The notes under the pieces: model-generated | What the model was told of the DNA's origin: nothing | Databases searched by the model: none | What the model saw: the letters and a program-made list of their open reading frames with translations, nothing else | Position numbers and translations under genes: made by a program | Part shown: piece by piece, positions 26,917-36,941 of the stretch | How positions within the stretch are numbered: position 1 is the stretch's first letter | Layout: each line of letters starts with the position of its first letter | Source of the DNA: Eubacteriales bacterium | Lineage (GTDB): Bacteria > Bacillota > Clostridia > Oscillospirales > CAG-272 | DNA length: 64,000 bases | Direction of reading: 5' to 3' | Assembly (NCBI GenBank): GCA_045602385.1 | Contig: JAZSBL010000040.1 | Span: 5,454-69,453, forward strand

Positions 26917-28197
26917 ATGCTTGATATTAATTATATAAAAGAAAACCCCGCCGAAGTCATCGACAGACTCGCAATAAAGGGCAAGGATGCCAAGGAAGAG
27001 ATCGAGAAAATACTTGAGCTCGACGCAAAAAGACGCGCACTCATAACAGAAACAGAAGGATTTAAAGCAGAGCAGAACAAGCTCACCAAGATGATCCCCA
27101 TGTATAAGAAGGAAGGAAAGGACCCCTCCCCCATCTTTGCGCAGTCAAAGGAACTCGGCGCAAAGGCAAAAGCCAACGACGAGCTTATAAAAGCCGTTGA
27201 AACCGAGCTTCAGGGATACATGTTGGGTCTTCCTAACCTCCCCGACCGTGACCTTAAGGCAGGCGGAAAGGAGAATAACGAAGCGATCAGATACTTTGGC
27301 GAGCCTCATAAGTTTGATTTTGAGCCTAAAAACCACGTTGACCTCTGCACAAGCCTCGGCCTTATCGATTACGACAGAGGAACAAAGCTTTCAGGCTCCG
27401 GATTTTGGATCTACCGCGGAATGGGTGCAAGACTTGAATGGGCACTCCTCAATTACTTTATTGATACCCATCTTGCAGACGGCTACGAGCTCATTCTCCC
27501 CCCTCACATGCTCGAATACGAGTGCGGAGTAACCGCGGGACAGTTCCCCAAGTTTGCTGACGAGGTTTACAAGATAGAGAACCCCACCGACAACCGCCAA
27601 AGATACATGCTTCCCACAGCAGAAGCAGCACTTGCATCCTTATACCGTAACGAAATTTTGACCGAGGCTGACCTTCCCAAGAAGCTTGTAAGCTACACAC
27701 CCTGCTTTAGACGCGAGGCAGGCTCCTACCGTTCCGACGAGCGCGGAATGGTACGCGGACATCAGTTCAACAAGGTCGAAATGTTCCAGTATACGCTTCC
27801 TGAAAAGAGCGACGAAGCATTTGAGGAGCTCGTAATCAAGGCAGAAAACCTTGTAAAGGGACTCGGATTCCACTTCAGAACAGTCAAGCTTGCCGCAGAG
27901 GACTGCTCCGCATCCATGGCAAGAACATACGATATCGAAATCAATATCCCCTCCATGAACGGATACAAGGAGGTAAGCTCGGTCTCTAACGCCCGTGACT
28001 ACCAGGCAAGACGTGGAATGATGCGCGTAAGACGTGAAAACGGCAAGATCGAGTATCTCCACACCCTCAACGGCTCAGGCCTCGCCACATCGAGAATTCT
28101 CCCCGCTCTCGTTGAGCAGAACCAGAATGCCGATGGCAGCGTTACAGTGCCCGAGGTCCTCCGCAAATATCTCGGAGTAGACGTGATCAAGAAATAA
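26917..28197 (+). CDS. serS: Seryl-tRNA synthetase
   Basis: 426 aa with an N-terminal coiled-coil arm and class II motifs (…FRREAGS…, …GSGLATSR…). Confidence 0.95.
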   Translation: MLDINYIKENPAEVIDRLAIKGKDAKEEIEKILELDAKRRALITETEGFKAEQNKLTKMIPMYKKEGKDPSPIFAQSKELGAKAKANDELIKAVETELQGYMLGLPNLPDRDLKAGGKENNEAIRYFGEPHKFDFEPKNHVDLCTSLGLIDYDRGTKLSGSGFWIYRGMGARLEWALLNYFIDTHLADGYELILPPHMLEYECGVTAGQFPKFADEVYKIENPTDNRQRYMLPTAEAALASLYRNEILTEADLPKKLVSYTPCFRREAGSYRSDERGMVRGHQFNKVEMFQYTLPEKSDEAFEELVIKAENLVKGLGFHFRTVKLAAEDCSASMARTYDIEINIPSMNGYKEVSSVSNARDYQARRGMMRVRRENGKIEYLHTLNGSGLATSRILPALVEQNQNADGSVTVPEVLRKYLGVDVIKK

Positions 28198-28206
28198 ACC
28201 GCACAT

Positions 28207-28239
28207 TTTCGGGCATCAACCAGATTTTGATGCCCGAAA
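28207..28239 (+). terminator. Hairpin after serS
   Basis: 13-bp stem TTTCGGGCATCAA / TTGATGCCCGAAA. The T-run is weak. Confidence 0.5.
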
Positions 28240-28269
28240 GCTTAAATACACCCATAAAAGGAGACTTAA

Positions 28270-28932
28270 GTGTTAAGTAAACTAAACACAGGAAGTAAAA
28301 GTCTTTTCGAAGAACTGTGGGAATACTTTGACGAAACATATTTCTCTCCGGAAATACCAAGGCTTGAAAACTTCACACTTGGCACAGGAACGCTTGTTTC
28401 GCTCAAAACCATTCTCATAGGACTGACGATAGGGCTTATATTAGCATCGTTTATAACGATCTATAACAAAAAATACATAGGCAGCTTTGTTCGCAAGCTT
28501 CTAAGCGACGAGTGCCACAGCAAAGAAAGCGCAAAAACGCTCGACGAGCTCGGTTATCTTAAAAAAATAGGCGTGAGACAAGCGATCAAAACCGACAAGC
28601 CGCTTTCTCGATGGATAAGGTGCGTTGAAGAAGACGAATTCAACGAAGAAATGTCAAAAAAGCGCGCGGAATACGAGGAAGCGCATAAAAATGAACCCAA
28701 AGCGCCCAAATTCAAGGAAGTATCATTCAAAAGAGATGTAAAGACCATGCATTTCTACATTCCCGAGGAGAAAAAATACGCCATCGACGTAAAATTCAAC
28801 GCCAAGGGAGCAAATTGGGTATCATTCATATTGGTAGCAGTCATTTCAATTGCGACGTGTGCGTTCTTGTCATTCGCGCTACCCGAGATCATACAAATGA
28901 TCGACAACTTCATAACCGTTGTCAGCAAGTAA
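28270..28932 (+). CDS. Hypothetical two-TM membrane protein
   Basis: GTG start after AAAGGAGA. 220 aa with two hydrophobic segments flanking a charged cytoplasmic-looking region. No motif recognised. Confidence 0.55.
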   Translation: MLSKLNTGSKSLFEELWEYFDETYFSPEIPRLENFTLGTGTLVSLKTILIGLTIGLILASFITIYNKKYIGSFVRKLLSDECHSKESAKTLDELGYLKKIGVRQAIKTDKPLSRWIRCVEEDEFNEEMSKKRAEYEEAHKNEPKAPKFKEVSFKRDVKTMHFYIPEEKKYAIDVKFNAKGANWVSFILVAVISIATCAFLSFALPEIIQMIDNFITVVSK

Positions 28933-28934
28933 TA

Positions 28935-28977
28935 TAATAATTAATGCCCGTTTAACAAAAACGGGCATTAATTATTA
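28935..28977 (+). terminator. Terminator (17-bp perfect stem)
   Basis: TAATAATTAATGCCCGT / ACGGGCATTAATTATTA with a 9-nt loop. Confidence 0.6.
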
Positions 28978-28991
28978 TCGAAAGGTAGCAG

Positions 28992-29717
28992 TTGAAAATG
29001 TGCAGTCTACATATAGCCCTATCCGCAACGATCAGTGACTCAAACACCTTAAGCGTAAACAGAAATTATCTATCCGCAATATGGGATAACGGTGCGATCC
29101 CGACTCTGATTTGCCCGGATACGTCAAAACAATATATAGACAGCGTTTGCAACACCTTTGACGGCTTTGTTTTTTGCGGAGGAGGAGATATCGATCCAAA
29201 GTATTATAAAGAAGAGCGAGGGCCAAAAACAAAAAGCATTTGCGCAGAAAGGGATCTCTTTGAGTATAAATTATTTCACGCGGCGTACAGATCGGGAAAA
29301 CCCATTCTCGGAATATGCAGAGGGATGCAGATCATTAACGTTTTCCTCGGCGGCACTCTGTTGCAAGACGTAGCAGGCCATATGCAGCAAGAGAAAAAAC
29401 ATATAGTAACACACGAAATTATCCTGACAAATGAATCAATCATAAAATCGAACAAGGACTCTGCCACCATCTTGGTAAACTCCTTCCATCATCAGGCTAT
29501 AAATAGCCTTTCCGTGGAACTGATTGCTGACGCATATAGCAAGAGCGACGGATATATTGAAGCGTTCCACGGAAGAGGGAAGAACTTTTTGTACGGAGTC
29601 CAGTGGCACCCCGAATCGATCTATAAAATCTCAAGTATATCAAACGACATTTTTAAGGCATTTATATCTGCCTGCGCGACAAAAAGAGAACTCCTACATA
29701 ACACCCCAACAAAATAG
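28992..29717 (+). CDS. Class I glutamine amidotransferase / gamma-glutamyl hydrolase family (peptidase C26, PuuD-like)
   Basis: Nucleophile elbow GICRGMQ and C-terminal …VQWHPE…. The start is uncertain (TTG 28992 or ATG 28998). Confidence 0.75.
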   Translation: MKMCSLHIALSATISDSNTLSVNRNYLSAIWDNGAIPTLICPDTSKQYIDSVCNTFDGFVFCGGGDIDPKYYKEERGPKTKSICAERDLFEYKLFHAAYRSGKPILGICRGMQIINVFLGGTLLQDVAGHMQQEKKHIVTHEIILTNESIIKSNKDSATILVNSFHHQAINSLSVELIADAYSKSDGYIEAFHGRGKNFLYGVQWHPESIYKISSISNDIFKAFISACATKRELLHNTPTK

Positions 29718-29737
29718 GCTATATATACACCGCACAC

Positions 29738-29770
29738 AAAACAGGGCAAGCGTTCGCTTGCCCTGTTTGT
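29738..29770. terminator. Bidirectional terminator between convergent genes
   Basis: Stem ACAGGGCAAGCG / CGCTTGCCCTGT with loop TT and A/T flanks. Confidence 0.7.
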
Positions 29771-29799
29771 TCATTATATCATATATTATCAACGGTCGA

Positions 29800-31851
29800 T
29801 CAGTGGATCTGCGTTCCTTCGGGTACCATGTCGTCAACAAAAATGACCTTGCAGCCGCAAGCATTGTTTGATGCCGCGAGAAGCATACCGTTGCTGTTTA
29901 CACCGGTTATACGGGTAGGTGTAAGATTAGCTATAACTATGATCTTCTTTCCGACAAGCTCCTCGGGCTTGTAATCGTGCTTAATGCTGGAAACGATCAC
30001 ACGCTCGCCGATTCCGTCATTCAAGGTCAGCTTGTAGCATGAGTGAGATTTTCTGATCTCCTGGCACTTAACGATCTTGCATACACGAAGATCAAGCTTT
30101 GAGAAATCATCCATTGTAGCATATTCTTCCTTGATCGGCTCTACGGGATCAGGCTCACCGTAAACCTTCTCCTCAACAACAGGAGCCGCGTCAGCCTCCG
30201 CCTTAGCGTTGATAGCCTTCTCCTCGTCGGTCTCAGCATAGGAGAAGTCAAGAAGATGAACAAACCTGTCCTTTTCAATGGCATAAAGGAAAAGATAAAG
30301 TCTTGGGCCCTGCTCCTTGTCGATAAGAAGCTTGTAAACGGTCTTAAAGAACTTACCTTGAATTCCCTTAAGTTCCTTTTGGTCGGTGACTTCGGGGAAA
30401 ATACGCTTGGGGATAGCATAAAGCTCCGCGTTAAGATCGTCAAGCGTGTATTCACCCTTCGCCATATAAGAGTAAAGGGAAGAGATCATTTCTTTTTCCT
30501 TATCGGAAAGCTCGCCCCAAACCTCGAAATTACGTGTAAATCGAAGCTTGTTGACCTGCTCGGGAGCACACTGTTCAAGCCAGAACTTTGCTCTGTCAAG
30601 GCGGTCAGCGAACTGCTCGTACTTGTAGGGTGTTCCGATCTTCTCAAATACAGTTTCAAGCATGGGAACGTTAAAGTCAACGATAGAACCAAGCTGAACG
30701 AGAAGTCCCATGGGAACAGTCTCAAGCTTTCTGCCCTCGATCACACAGTTGTGCATAACGGCAGCGTTGTATTCACTCGCATTACCGGAGATATACTCGT
30801 TGTACATCTTGTCGAACTCAAAATACTGACGAAGGATTCCGTCATCGAAGCAGAAATCAAAGGCTTTGACCGGCTCAGTCTTGGAATAGAGCCAAAGGAT
30901 TATTTCGGGCTGATAAAGCTTCAAGAGAAGCTCGGGAGTCATGTTAAGACCGGAGGACGAGGACATCTTACCCGCAACGCCCTTGATACCGATAAACTCA
31001 TATCCCTGATAGATAGGAGCATCGTGATCGTATATCTTCTTTGCGATAACCTTGGAGTTGTTGTAAGAACCTGTAGGAGCGGAATGATCCTTTCCGCCGG
31101 GCTCAAAGTCAACCTGCTCGTACTTCCAGCGCATTGCCCAGTCAACCTTCCAGCCAAGCTTGCAGTTGTAGTTTTCAAGGAAGTTAAACTTGCCGTGGTA
31201 TCCGCAACGGCAGGTAAACTCCGCCTCGGTGCAGTCCTCGGAAAGGGATGTGATCTTTGTAAAGTCGGTGTGACACTCGGGGCAGAAGATGCTGACGGGG
31301 TAGTACTCAGCCTTTTCGGCATCGTGTATCTCGCGTCGCTCCTCCTCGGTCTTTGTCATATCCTTTGTCTTAAAGGAATCAAGTATCTCAAATATCTCGC
31401 CTCTTCTTCTGAGGGCGGTGAGAAGATCGGCATTGTATTTACCCGAGCGGTACATATCGGCCTGATAGCGGCACTCAAATTTGATACCGAAGGGCTTGAT
31501 CGCATTGAGGAATTCCTCCTCAAAGTGCTTTGCATAATTCTCGTGGCAGCCGAACGGATCGGGAATATCAACGTAAGGGCAGCCGATGTACTTATCGTAT
31601 GTGTCGCCGACGACCGCCTGAACGTTTGCGGGTATTTTACGGCAACGGTCGAACTCATCCCATGAAATGATGAGCTTAGCCTTCTTACCCTTCTTTTGGA
31701 GAGCCTTGCAAACAAAGAGAGGTGTTGCAATATCTCTGAAATTTCCTATATGAACGCTACCCGAGGGGGAGATACCCGCTGCGCAGACAAACTCCTCCTT
31801 TTCGGGGTGCTTTTGTATCAGTCTTTCAGCAATTTCTTCTGACCAGTGCAT
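29800..31851 (-). CDS. lysK: Class I lysyl-tRNA synthetase fused to a C-terminal Trbp111/EMAP-like tRNA-binding domain (683 aa)
   Basis: The N-terminus MHWSEEIAERL…GISPSGSVHIGNFRD…WDEFDRCRKIP closely resembles archaeal-type LysRS-I. KMSSS motif present. The last about 105 aa (DLRVCKIV…GKKIIVIANLTP…SNGMLLAAS) match the OB-fold tRNA-binding domain seen at MetRS C-termini. Confidence 0.85.
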   Translation of the reverse strand: MHWSEEIAERLIQKHPEKEEFVCAAGISPSGSVHIGNFRDIATPLFVCKALQKKGKKAKLIISWDEFDRCRKIPANVQAVVGDTYDKYIGCPYVDIPDPFGCHENYAKHFEEEFLNAIKPFGIKFECRYQADMYRSGKYNADLLTALRRRGEIFEILDSFKTKDMTKTEEERREIHDAEKAEYYPVSIFCPECHTDFTKITSLSEDCTEAEFTCRCGYHGKFNFLENYNCKLGWKVDWAMRWKYEQVDFEPGGKDHSAPTGSYNNSKVIAKKIYDHDAPIYQGYEFIGIKGVAGKMSSSSGLNMTPELLLKLYQPEIILWLYSKTEPVKAFDFCFDDGILRQYFEFDKMYNEYISGNASEYNAAVMHNCVIEGRKLETVPMGLLVQLGSIVDFNVPMLETVFEKIGTPYKYEQFADRLDRAKFWLEQCAPEQVNKLRFTRNFEVWGELSDKEKEMISSLYSYMAKGEYTLDDLNAELYAIPKRIFPEVTDQKELKGIQGKFFKTVYKLLIDKEQGPRLYLFLYAIEKDRFVHLLDFSYAETDEEKAINAKAEADAAPVVEEKVYGEPDPVEPIKEEYATMDDFSKLDLRVCKIVKCQEIRKSHSCYKLTLNDGIGERVIVSSIKHDYKPEELVGKKIIVIANLTPTRITGVNSNGMLLAASNNACGCKVIFVDDMVPEGTQIH

Positions 31852-31893
31852 TTTTTATCCTTCTTTCAATGTATATAACTTAAAATCCACGAT

Positions 31894-31922
31894 ATTCTAT
31901 CACATTTTGCGTCTCTTGTCAA
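31894..31922 (-). promoter_or_regulatory. Sigma-A promoter of lysK
   Basis: The minus strand reads TTGACA-17 nt-TAGAAT, leaving a leader of about 35 nt. Confidence 0.65.
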
Positions 31923-31962
31923 TAGTAAATCGAGGTAAATCACTCTCATTTATCAATTGGCG

Positions 31963-34050
31963 TCAATCCTCAGATTCACTCGACGCTTTTTTCTTTCTTT
32001 TAATAACAAGGAGAACTATAAGTCCGGCAAGCGCCAATACAACGACTACAACAACAATTATTACAATAACCGTCTCGGTGCTCTTGGCGGAATTTCCGTA
32101 AAGGGATACGTCAACTATCTCCACGCTTGCCTCCTCGCCGCCATCGGGAACAAGACAAAGCGCAACAGTTACCTCGTCAGAGGTGTCAACGCCATCGGTG
32201 AAATCGCCGAGATTAAAGTAGTATGTAACCTCGCCGTTCTCGGTTTTGCATTCACCGAGGTAGGTATAGGTATCAGCTCTCGTGTTCTCGTTTTTCAAAA
32301 GGACGTAAAGCGTGTCGCCGGATCCGGCGTTAAGTGTAATACCGAGATATCCTGATTCCACAATAGACTCGGCGGGAACAGACGTCGCGATAATTCCGCT
32401 TGCCTTGGATGTAAGATCGGCCTCAAGCAACCAAGCAAATCCGTCATCATTTAGCTTTCCCTGGAAGTTTTTGACGTCACCAACCGTCTCAAAGCTTGAG
32501 AGAGCCGAGGGGAAAGCCTTTTTCTGCTTTAATACAGAATCCTTCATCTGCGTTTCACCTGACTGAGCGTACTTTAAGTTATTGGTGATAAAGGAGTCGA
32601 ATTCAGGAACGGTAGCGCCTGTAAGCTTGTCCGTATATTCCTTAAGCTGCGAGTTTGTGCTGCTTCCGCACATCATAAATGCAAAATACAGATCAGACCT
32701 CGTGAATTTATCGCCGTATACGGAGCCCGAGTATATAAACGCCTCAAATCCGTTCTCGGCAGCGGTATAATAAGCCATAGTGTAATACGCCGCGCAATTT
32801 TTGGATCCGGAATCGGACTGTAGCGCAAGACCGTCTATGATCATATCTCTCTTCTCGCTCTTGAATCTCATCTCGCTCTTGTCAATGAATTCCGAGAACT
32901 CGGAAATGTTCGCCGCGCCGATCTTGGAATGACTGTAGCTTTCAGAGCCAAGCAAAGCTGTAAGATCCTCTCCGCGTCCGAGATTGAGCGCTATCGCGTA
33001 GTCGTAGTCACCGCCCGCCTTTGCGGAGCTTGCAAAGTGAGACAGGAACGCCTGCGCACCGATAATTCCGCTCTTACTGTCGGATTTCCATGAGTTGTCA
33101 ACGGGAACGTATATCTTCGCAGCGGAATTTATGCTCTTGAGTATATTGTTGGACATTCTTGCCCAGAAGGAGTACATTCTCTCAAAGCCCTCTGTCTCAA
33201 CGTCTCCCGCGTTGCAATATTCGGGATAGTTATTGACTCGGTCGCCGATTATGTAATCGGACACCGCGTATCTTGATGCAAGAAATGCATAAAACGCTCT
33301 TGTGTATCTCGCGGTTTCTGAATTGTTGAGCTCTGGCATATAGCCCGAGATCTCCGACTCCTCAACCGTGAGTATTGTGCGAAGATATACTCGCATACTA
33401 AGCATCTCCGCCTCTTTGATCGCCTTGTCAAGCAGCTCTACCTCTTCATTGTTGTAAAAGTAGGTGATATTCTCATAGTTGAATCTTACCGCATCAGGCT
33501 CAAAATCCTTCAGAATAAGCTTTCCCATGTCCGCGTTTATCACTATATGCTCCGCGCCTATCGCAGAGGAACCCATAGGATCATTGCTTGCGATTCCCTT
33601 TATACCCGAGGTGGGAGCGGGGCCTTCGGCCTTGCCCGCAACAGATTCGGGGTTTGTTATATAAGCAAAATCGGTCAACGCGGAATATTTTTCACCGTGC
33701 TTTTCTGCCAGAACGAACGCGCTCGCAATTCGCGATGCACCCAAATCATCAGTGAGAGAAAATTTGAATGTCATATTCTTTTTGGCCTTGGCCTCGGCGA
33801 CAACACTTGCGTTTTTAAGTGATCCGCTCGACTGCATCTCGGACAGTGCCAGGATATACACCGTGTCCTTGGCGTGTTCGGAGGCATATGCCTCCTCAAG
33901 GGTCGCCTTAAGAGCAATCTGCCCGTCCTTTATTTCTACCGACGAAATGCCGGTAACCGACTCTTCCTCCTCGCAGGCTACAAAGATGAATGCCGAAAGC
34001 AGCATCAGCGCAGCCATTATAATGCACAATAATGTTCTTGTTCTTTTCAT
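31963..34050 (-). CDS. Hypothetical surface protein with an N-terminal lipoprotein-type signal and a C-terminal TM anchor
   Basis: ATG at 34050 follows GGAG. Signal …LSAFIFVAC-EEE and C-terminal VIVIIVVVVVVLALAGLIVLLVIKRKKK. No catalytic motif recognised. Confidence 0.6.
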   Translation of the reverse strand: MKRTRTLLCIIMAALMLLSAFIFVACEEEESVTGISSVEIKDGQIALKATLEEAYASEHAKDTVYILALSEMQSSGSLKNASVVAEAKAKKNMTFKFSLTDDLGASRIASAFVLAEKHGEKYSALTDFAYITNPESVAGKAEGPAPTSGIKGIASNDPMGSSAIGAEHIVINADMGKLILKDFEPDAVRFNYENITYFYNNEEVELLDKAIKEAEMLSMRVYLRTILTVEESEISGYMPELNNSETARYTRAFYAFLASRYAVSDYIIGDRVNNYPEYCNAGDVETEGFERMYSFWARMSNNILKSINSAAKIYVPVDNSWKSDSKSGIIGAQAFLSHFASSAKAGGDYDYAIALNLGRGEDLTALLGSESYSHSKIGAANISEFSEFIDKSEMRFKSEKRDMIIDGLALQSDSGSKNCAAYYTMAYYTAAENGFEAFIYSGSVYGDKFTRSDLYFAFMMCGSSTNSQLKEYTDKLTGATVPEFDSFITNNLKYAQSGETQMKDSVLKQKKAFPSALSSFETVGDVKNFQGKLNDDGFAWLLEADLTSKASGIIATSVPAESIVESGYLGITLNAGSGDTLYVLLKNENTRADTYTYLGECKTENGEVTYYFNLGDFTDGVDTSDEVTVALCLVPDGGEEASVEIVDVSLYGNSAKSTETVIVIIVVVVVVLALAGLIVLLVIKRKKKASSESED

Positions 34051-34065
34051 TTCGATCTCCAAGAT

Positions 34066-35253
34066 TTATTTTTTCACTCTCGGCACTCTGGCTGAGATAA
34101 GACATAAGCATTCGTATTCAATGGTGTCGGCAAGCTCGGCCAATTCTCGCAGAGCGTCAGGAGTATCACCGAAAAGGATAACTCGGTCGCCGACCTTAAC
34201 GTCAAGTCCGGTAACGTCTATCATACACTGATCCATACATATCCGACCGATTATTTTCGCTTTATACTTGCCGGATCCGGTCAATACGGTAACCTCCGCG
34301 CCGGAATACTTACGCAAAAATCCGTCCGCATAGCCTATCGGAAGGGTAGCCACAGTCGTTTTCTTGTCAGTAACGAATGTACCGCCGTAGCCTACCGGGC
34401 TTCCCGCAGGCGCGTCGTGCAGATGCGCAACAACAGATGATAGAGACATTACGGAAGAAAGACCTATGTCACCAAAATGCTCCGATGGATATACTCCGTA
34501 CAGCGCTATACCAAGCCTGACTCCGTCAAGATGATATTCGGGGAAGCGCAGTGTTGCCGCGCTGTTGCATGCGTGTGAAAACAGCTTTATTCCGCGCGAA
34601 GAAAGGATTTTACAAACCTTATCAAAGCGGCGCGCCTGCTCCCTGGTAAAGCTTTCGTGCGAAAGCGTATCGGCGATGTATCCGTCAGCCTTTGAGAAAT
34701 GGGTAAATATCCCCTCAACCGAAAGGCCGTCAAGGCGAGCGATCCGCTCCGCCTCATCTGCGGCAGATTCACAAAGGGAATCATCGCCGGCGCACAGACC
34801 TATGCGATTCATACCTGTATCGATCGCAATGTGTACGCGAAGCTTGCATTTTTTATCAATCGCCGAGCGCGACAGACTCTCTGCGTGGGCAAGACTTACC
34901 GCAGTTTGAATTATGTTGTTTGCGGCAAGGAATGGGACGTCAGAGGGATCCGTATACCCAAGAATGAGAACATCCGCATCCGCCCCGGCCCTCAGACAAA
35001 GCTTGCGGACCGACGTAGCCTCCTCTGTGCAGGAAACGGCGAAAAAGTCGCATCCCATGTCAAGCAGCGCAGGCACACATATCTCCGCTGTATGTCCGTA
35101 AGCATCCGCCTTAACAACGGAAATAGGCCTTGACCCGCCTGACAAGGAAGAAAGAAGCGTATAATTGGCTCTCAAAGCATAGGTATCCACGATGCACATA
35201 TTCCTTCTCGTATCTGTTTTGGGCATAGTATCGTAAAGATAGCAGGGCTGCAT
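34066..35253 (-). CDS. alr: Alanine racemase
   Basis: PLP-lysine motif VVKADAYGH and C-terminal …GRICMDQCMIDV…. ATG at 35253 lies 6 nt after AAGGAGA, and the longer GTG ORF to 35274 includes that RBS. Confidence 0.9.
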   Translation of the reverse strand: MQPCYLYDTMPKTDTRRNMCIVDTYALRANYTLLSSLSGGSRPISVVKADAYGHTAEICVPALLDMGCDFFAVSCTEEATSVRKLCLRAGADADVLILGYTDPSDVPFLAANNIIQTAVSLAHAESLSRSAIDKKCKLRVHIAIDTGMNRIGLCAGDDSLCESAADEAERIARLDGLSVEGIFTHFSKADGYIADTLSHESFTREQARRFDKVCKILSSRGIKLFSHACNSAATLRFPEYHLDGVRLGIALYGVYPSEHFGDIGLSSVMSLSSVVAHLHDAPAGSPVGYGGTFVTDKKTTVATLPIGYADGFLRKYSGAEVTVLTGSGKYKAKIIGRICMDQCMIDVTGLDVKVGDRVILFGDTPDALRELAELADTIEYECLCLISARVPRVKK

Positions 35254-35457
35254 AACACGTCTCCTTTCCGTCACCGCAGGACAATATCATAATTAACCAT
35301 TATAATTATAGCACGCTGAAATAAATATTGCAATAAAATTTAGGCAAATAAAAATATTTTTCTCAAAACGAGATACAATAATAAGCATATAACGGCTTCT
35401 CGCCGCATAAAATCAAGCGATAGCATATAAAAGATATAATTCGGGAGGTATCTCGCT

Positions 35458-35997
35458 GTGAAATCAAATACCGCAACTATGGCATTTTTGCTTCTTTGCA
35501 TTATAATTTTCGGTTTTGGAATGAACGCGTGCGGAGGCAATGCGACACGCGATAGATTTGAATATACGGAGCGCGATCTGAATGCAAAAATAAACGGCAC
35601 CGTCGACGGAGACGATGTAAATGTTGTACTAAAAAGCCGTCCTGACGCGGGGCAGGGAGAATATGACCTTACTCTGACATTCGAGTCACCCGACGCGCTT
35701 GGCGGGCTCGTCATATCACACAATACAAACGGATCATACGAAGCAAGGCTTGGGGAGCTCATCATGCACGATTTCAAGGCGGATGGACTTTTTGAGCCTT
35801 TTTTGACGCTCCTTTATCACGGGGAGATAGCATCCGTATTCCGTGACAGCGAGGGACACACAACGTTTTTTGTAAAGCAAGAGGGCATAGACCTCGAGTA
35901 TTTGTTTTTGAAGGGGAGCGAGTATCCGTACAGCATAAAGGGAAGTTTGGGAGATAGAAAAATCGAGCTTTTTGTGCAAAGACTTGATCTTTCATAA
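35458..35997 (+). CDS. Hypothetical lipoprotein
   Basis: GTG start after GGGAGG. Lipobox FGMNAC-GG. 179 aa. Confidence 0.6.
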   Translation: MKSNTATMAFLLLCIIIFGFGMNACGGNATRDRFEYTERDLNAKINGTVDGDDVNVVLKSRPDAGQGEYDLTLTFESPDALGGLVISHNTNGSYEARLGELIMHDFKADGLFEPFLTLLYHGEIASVFRDSEGHTTFFVKQEGIDLEYLFLKGSEYPYSIKGSLGDRKIELFVQRLDLS

Positions 35998-36039
35998 AAG
36001 AGCCGACTAAATATTTGCGCAATAAAAAGCAGGTTTTTA

Positions 36040-36068
36040 TTGACAAGGGGGAATTTACAAGGTATAAT
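36040..36068 (+). promoter_or_regulatory. Sigma-A promoter of the transketolase genes
   Basis: TTGACA-17 nt-TATAAT. Confidence 0.7.
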
Positions 36069-36103
36069 ATATCTGTATTTAATCCATACAGGAGGATCTT
36101 TAA

Positions 36104-36937
36104 ATGGAAATGGCAAGAAAGCAAGAGCTTGCGGTTATCGCCGAGAAGATAAGACTTGGCGTAATCGAGGCCACACACGCAGCAGGCTCGGGACATCCCG
36201 GCGGCTCCCTCTCTATCGCAGATATCCTGGCGTACCTCTATTTTGAGGAGATGAACGTCAACGTTGAAAACAGCAAGGACGAAAACAGAGACAGATTCGT
36301 TCTCTCCAAGGGACATACCGCTCCCGCACTTTACTCGGCATTGGCGCTCAAGGGATTTTTCCCCTACGAGGAGCTTTTGACTCTCCGTAAGAACGACAGC
36401 CGTCTTCAGGGCCACCCCGACATGAAGGGCATTCCCGGTGTCGATATGACTACGGGCTCTCTCGGTCTTGGAATTTCCGCTGCATGCGGAATGGCGCTTG
36501 CAGGCAAGCTTTCGGGTAAGGATTACAGAGTTTATACCATCCTCGGCGACGGCGAGAGCGAAGAGGGACAGGTATGGGAGGCATCAATGTTTGCCAACCA
36601 CTATAAGCTTGACAACCTCTGCGTTATAATCGACTCCAACGGTCTTCAGATCGACGGACCCGTAGCGGAGATCATCGGTCCCGCCCCCTTCGAGCCTAAG
36701 CTTGAAGCGTTCGGATATAACGTTATCACAATCGACGGTCACGATCTTGACCAGATCGAGGCGGCATTCCGCGCGGCAAGAGAATGCAAGGGCAGACCCA
36801 CCGCTATCGTGGCTAACACGGTAAAGGGCAAGGGCGTATCCTTTATGGAAAACAAGGTCAATTGGCACGGCGCGGCACCCAAGGATGCAGATTATGCCGT
36901 AGCGGTTGAAGAAATCAAGGCAAGGATCGGAGGTTAA
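36104..36937 (+). CDS. Transketolase, N-terminal (TPP-binding) subunit
   Basis: GSGHPGGSLS, GDGESEEGQVWEA. 277 aa, split-type transketolase. Confidence 0.93.
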   Translation: MEMARKQELAVIAEKIRLGVIEATHAAGSGHPGGSLSIADILAYLYFEEMNVNVENSKDENRDRFVLSKGHTAPALYSALALKGFFPYEELLTLRKNDSRLQGHPDMKGIPGVDMTTGSLGLGISAACGMALAGKLSGKDYRVYTILGDGESEEGQVWEASMFANHYKLDNLCVIIDSNGLQIDGPVAEIIGPAPFEPKLEAFGYNVITIDGHDLDQIEAAFRAARECKGRPTAIVANTVKGKGVSFMENKVNWHGAAPKDADYAVAVEEIKARIGG

Positions 36938-36941
36938 GACG

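Noticed and set aside
30256-31665. 469-aa plus-strand ORF inside lysK, and similar antisense ORFs at 21473-22165, 36984-37925, 47245-47778, 49409-49828 and 55130-55843
   Set aside because: They lie opposite well-supported genes and have low-complexity composition with no start context.
35340-36415. Minus-strand ORFs of 145, 81, 213 and 99 aa
   Set aside because: They overlap the plus-strand lipoprotein gene, the transketolase promoter and the transketolase 5' end. No RBS, and Ser/Leu/Cys-rich composition.
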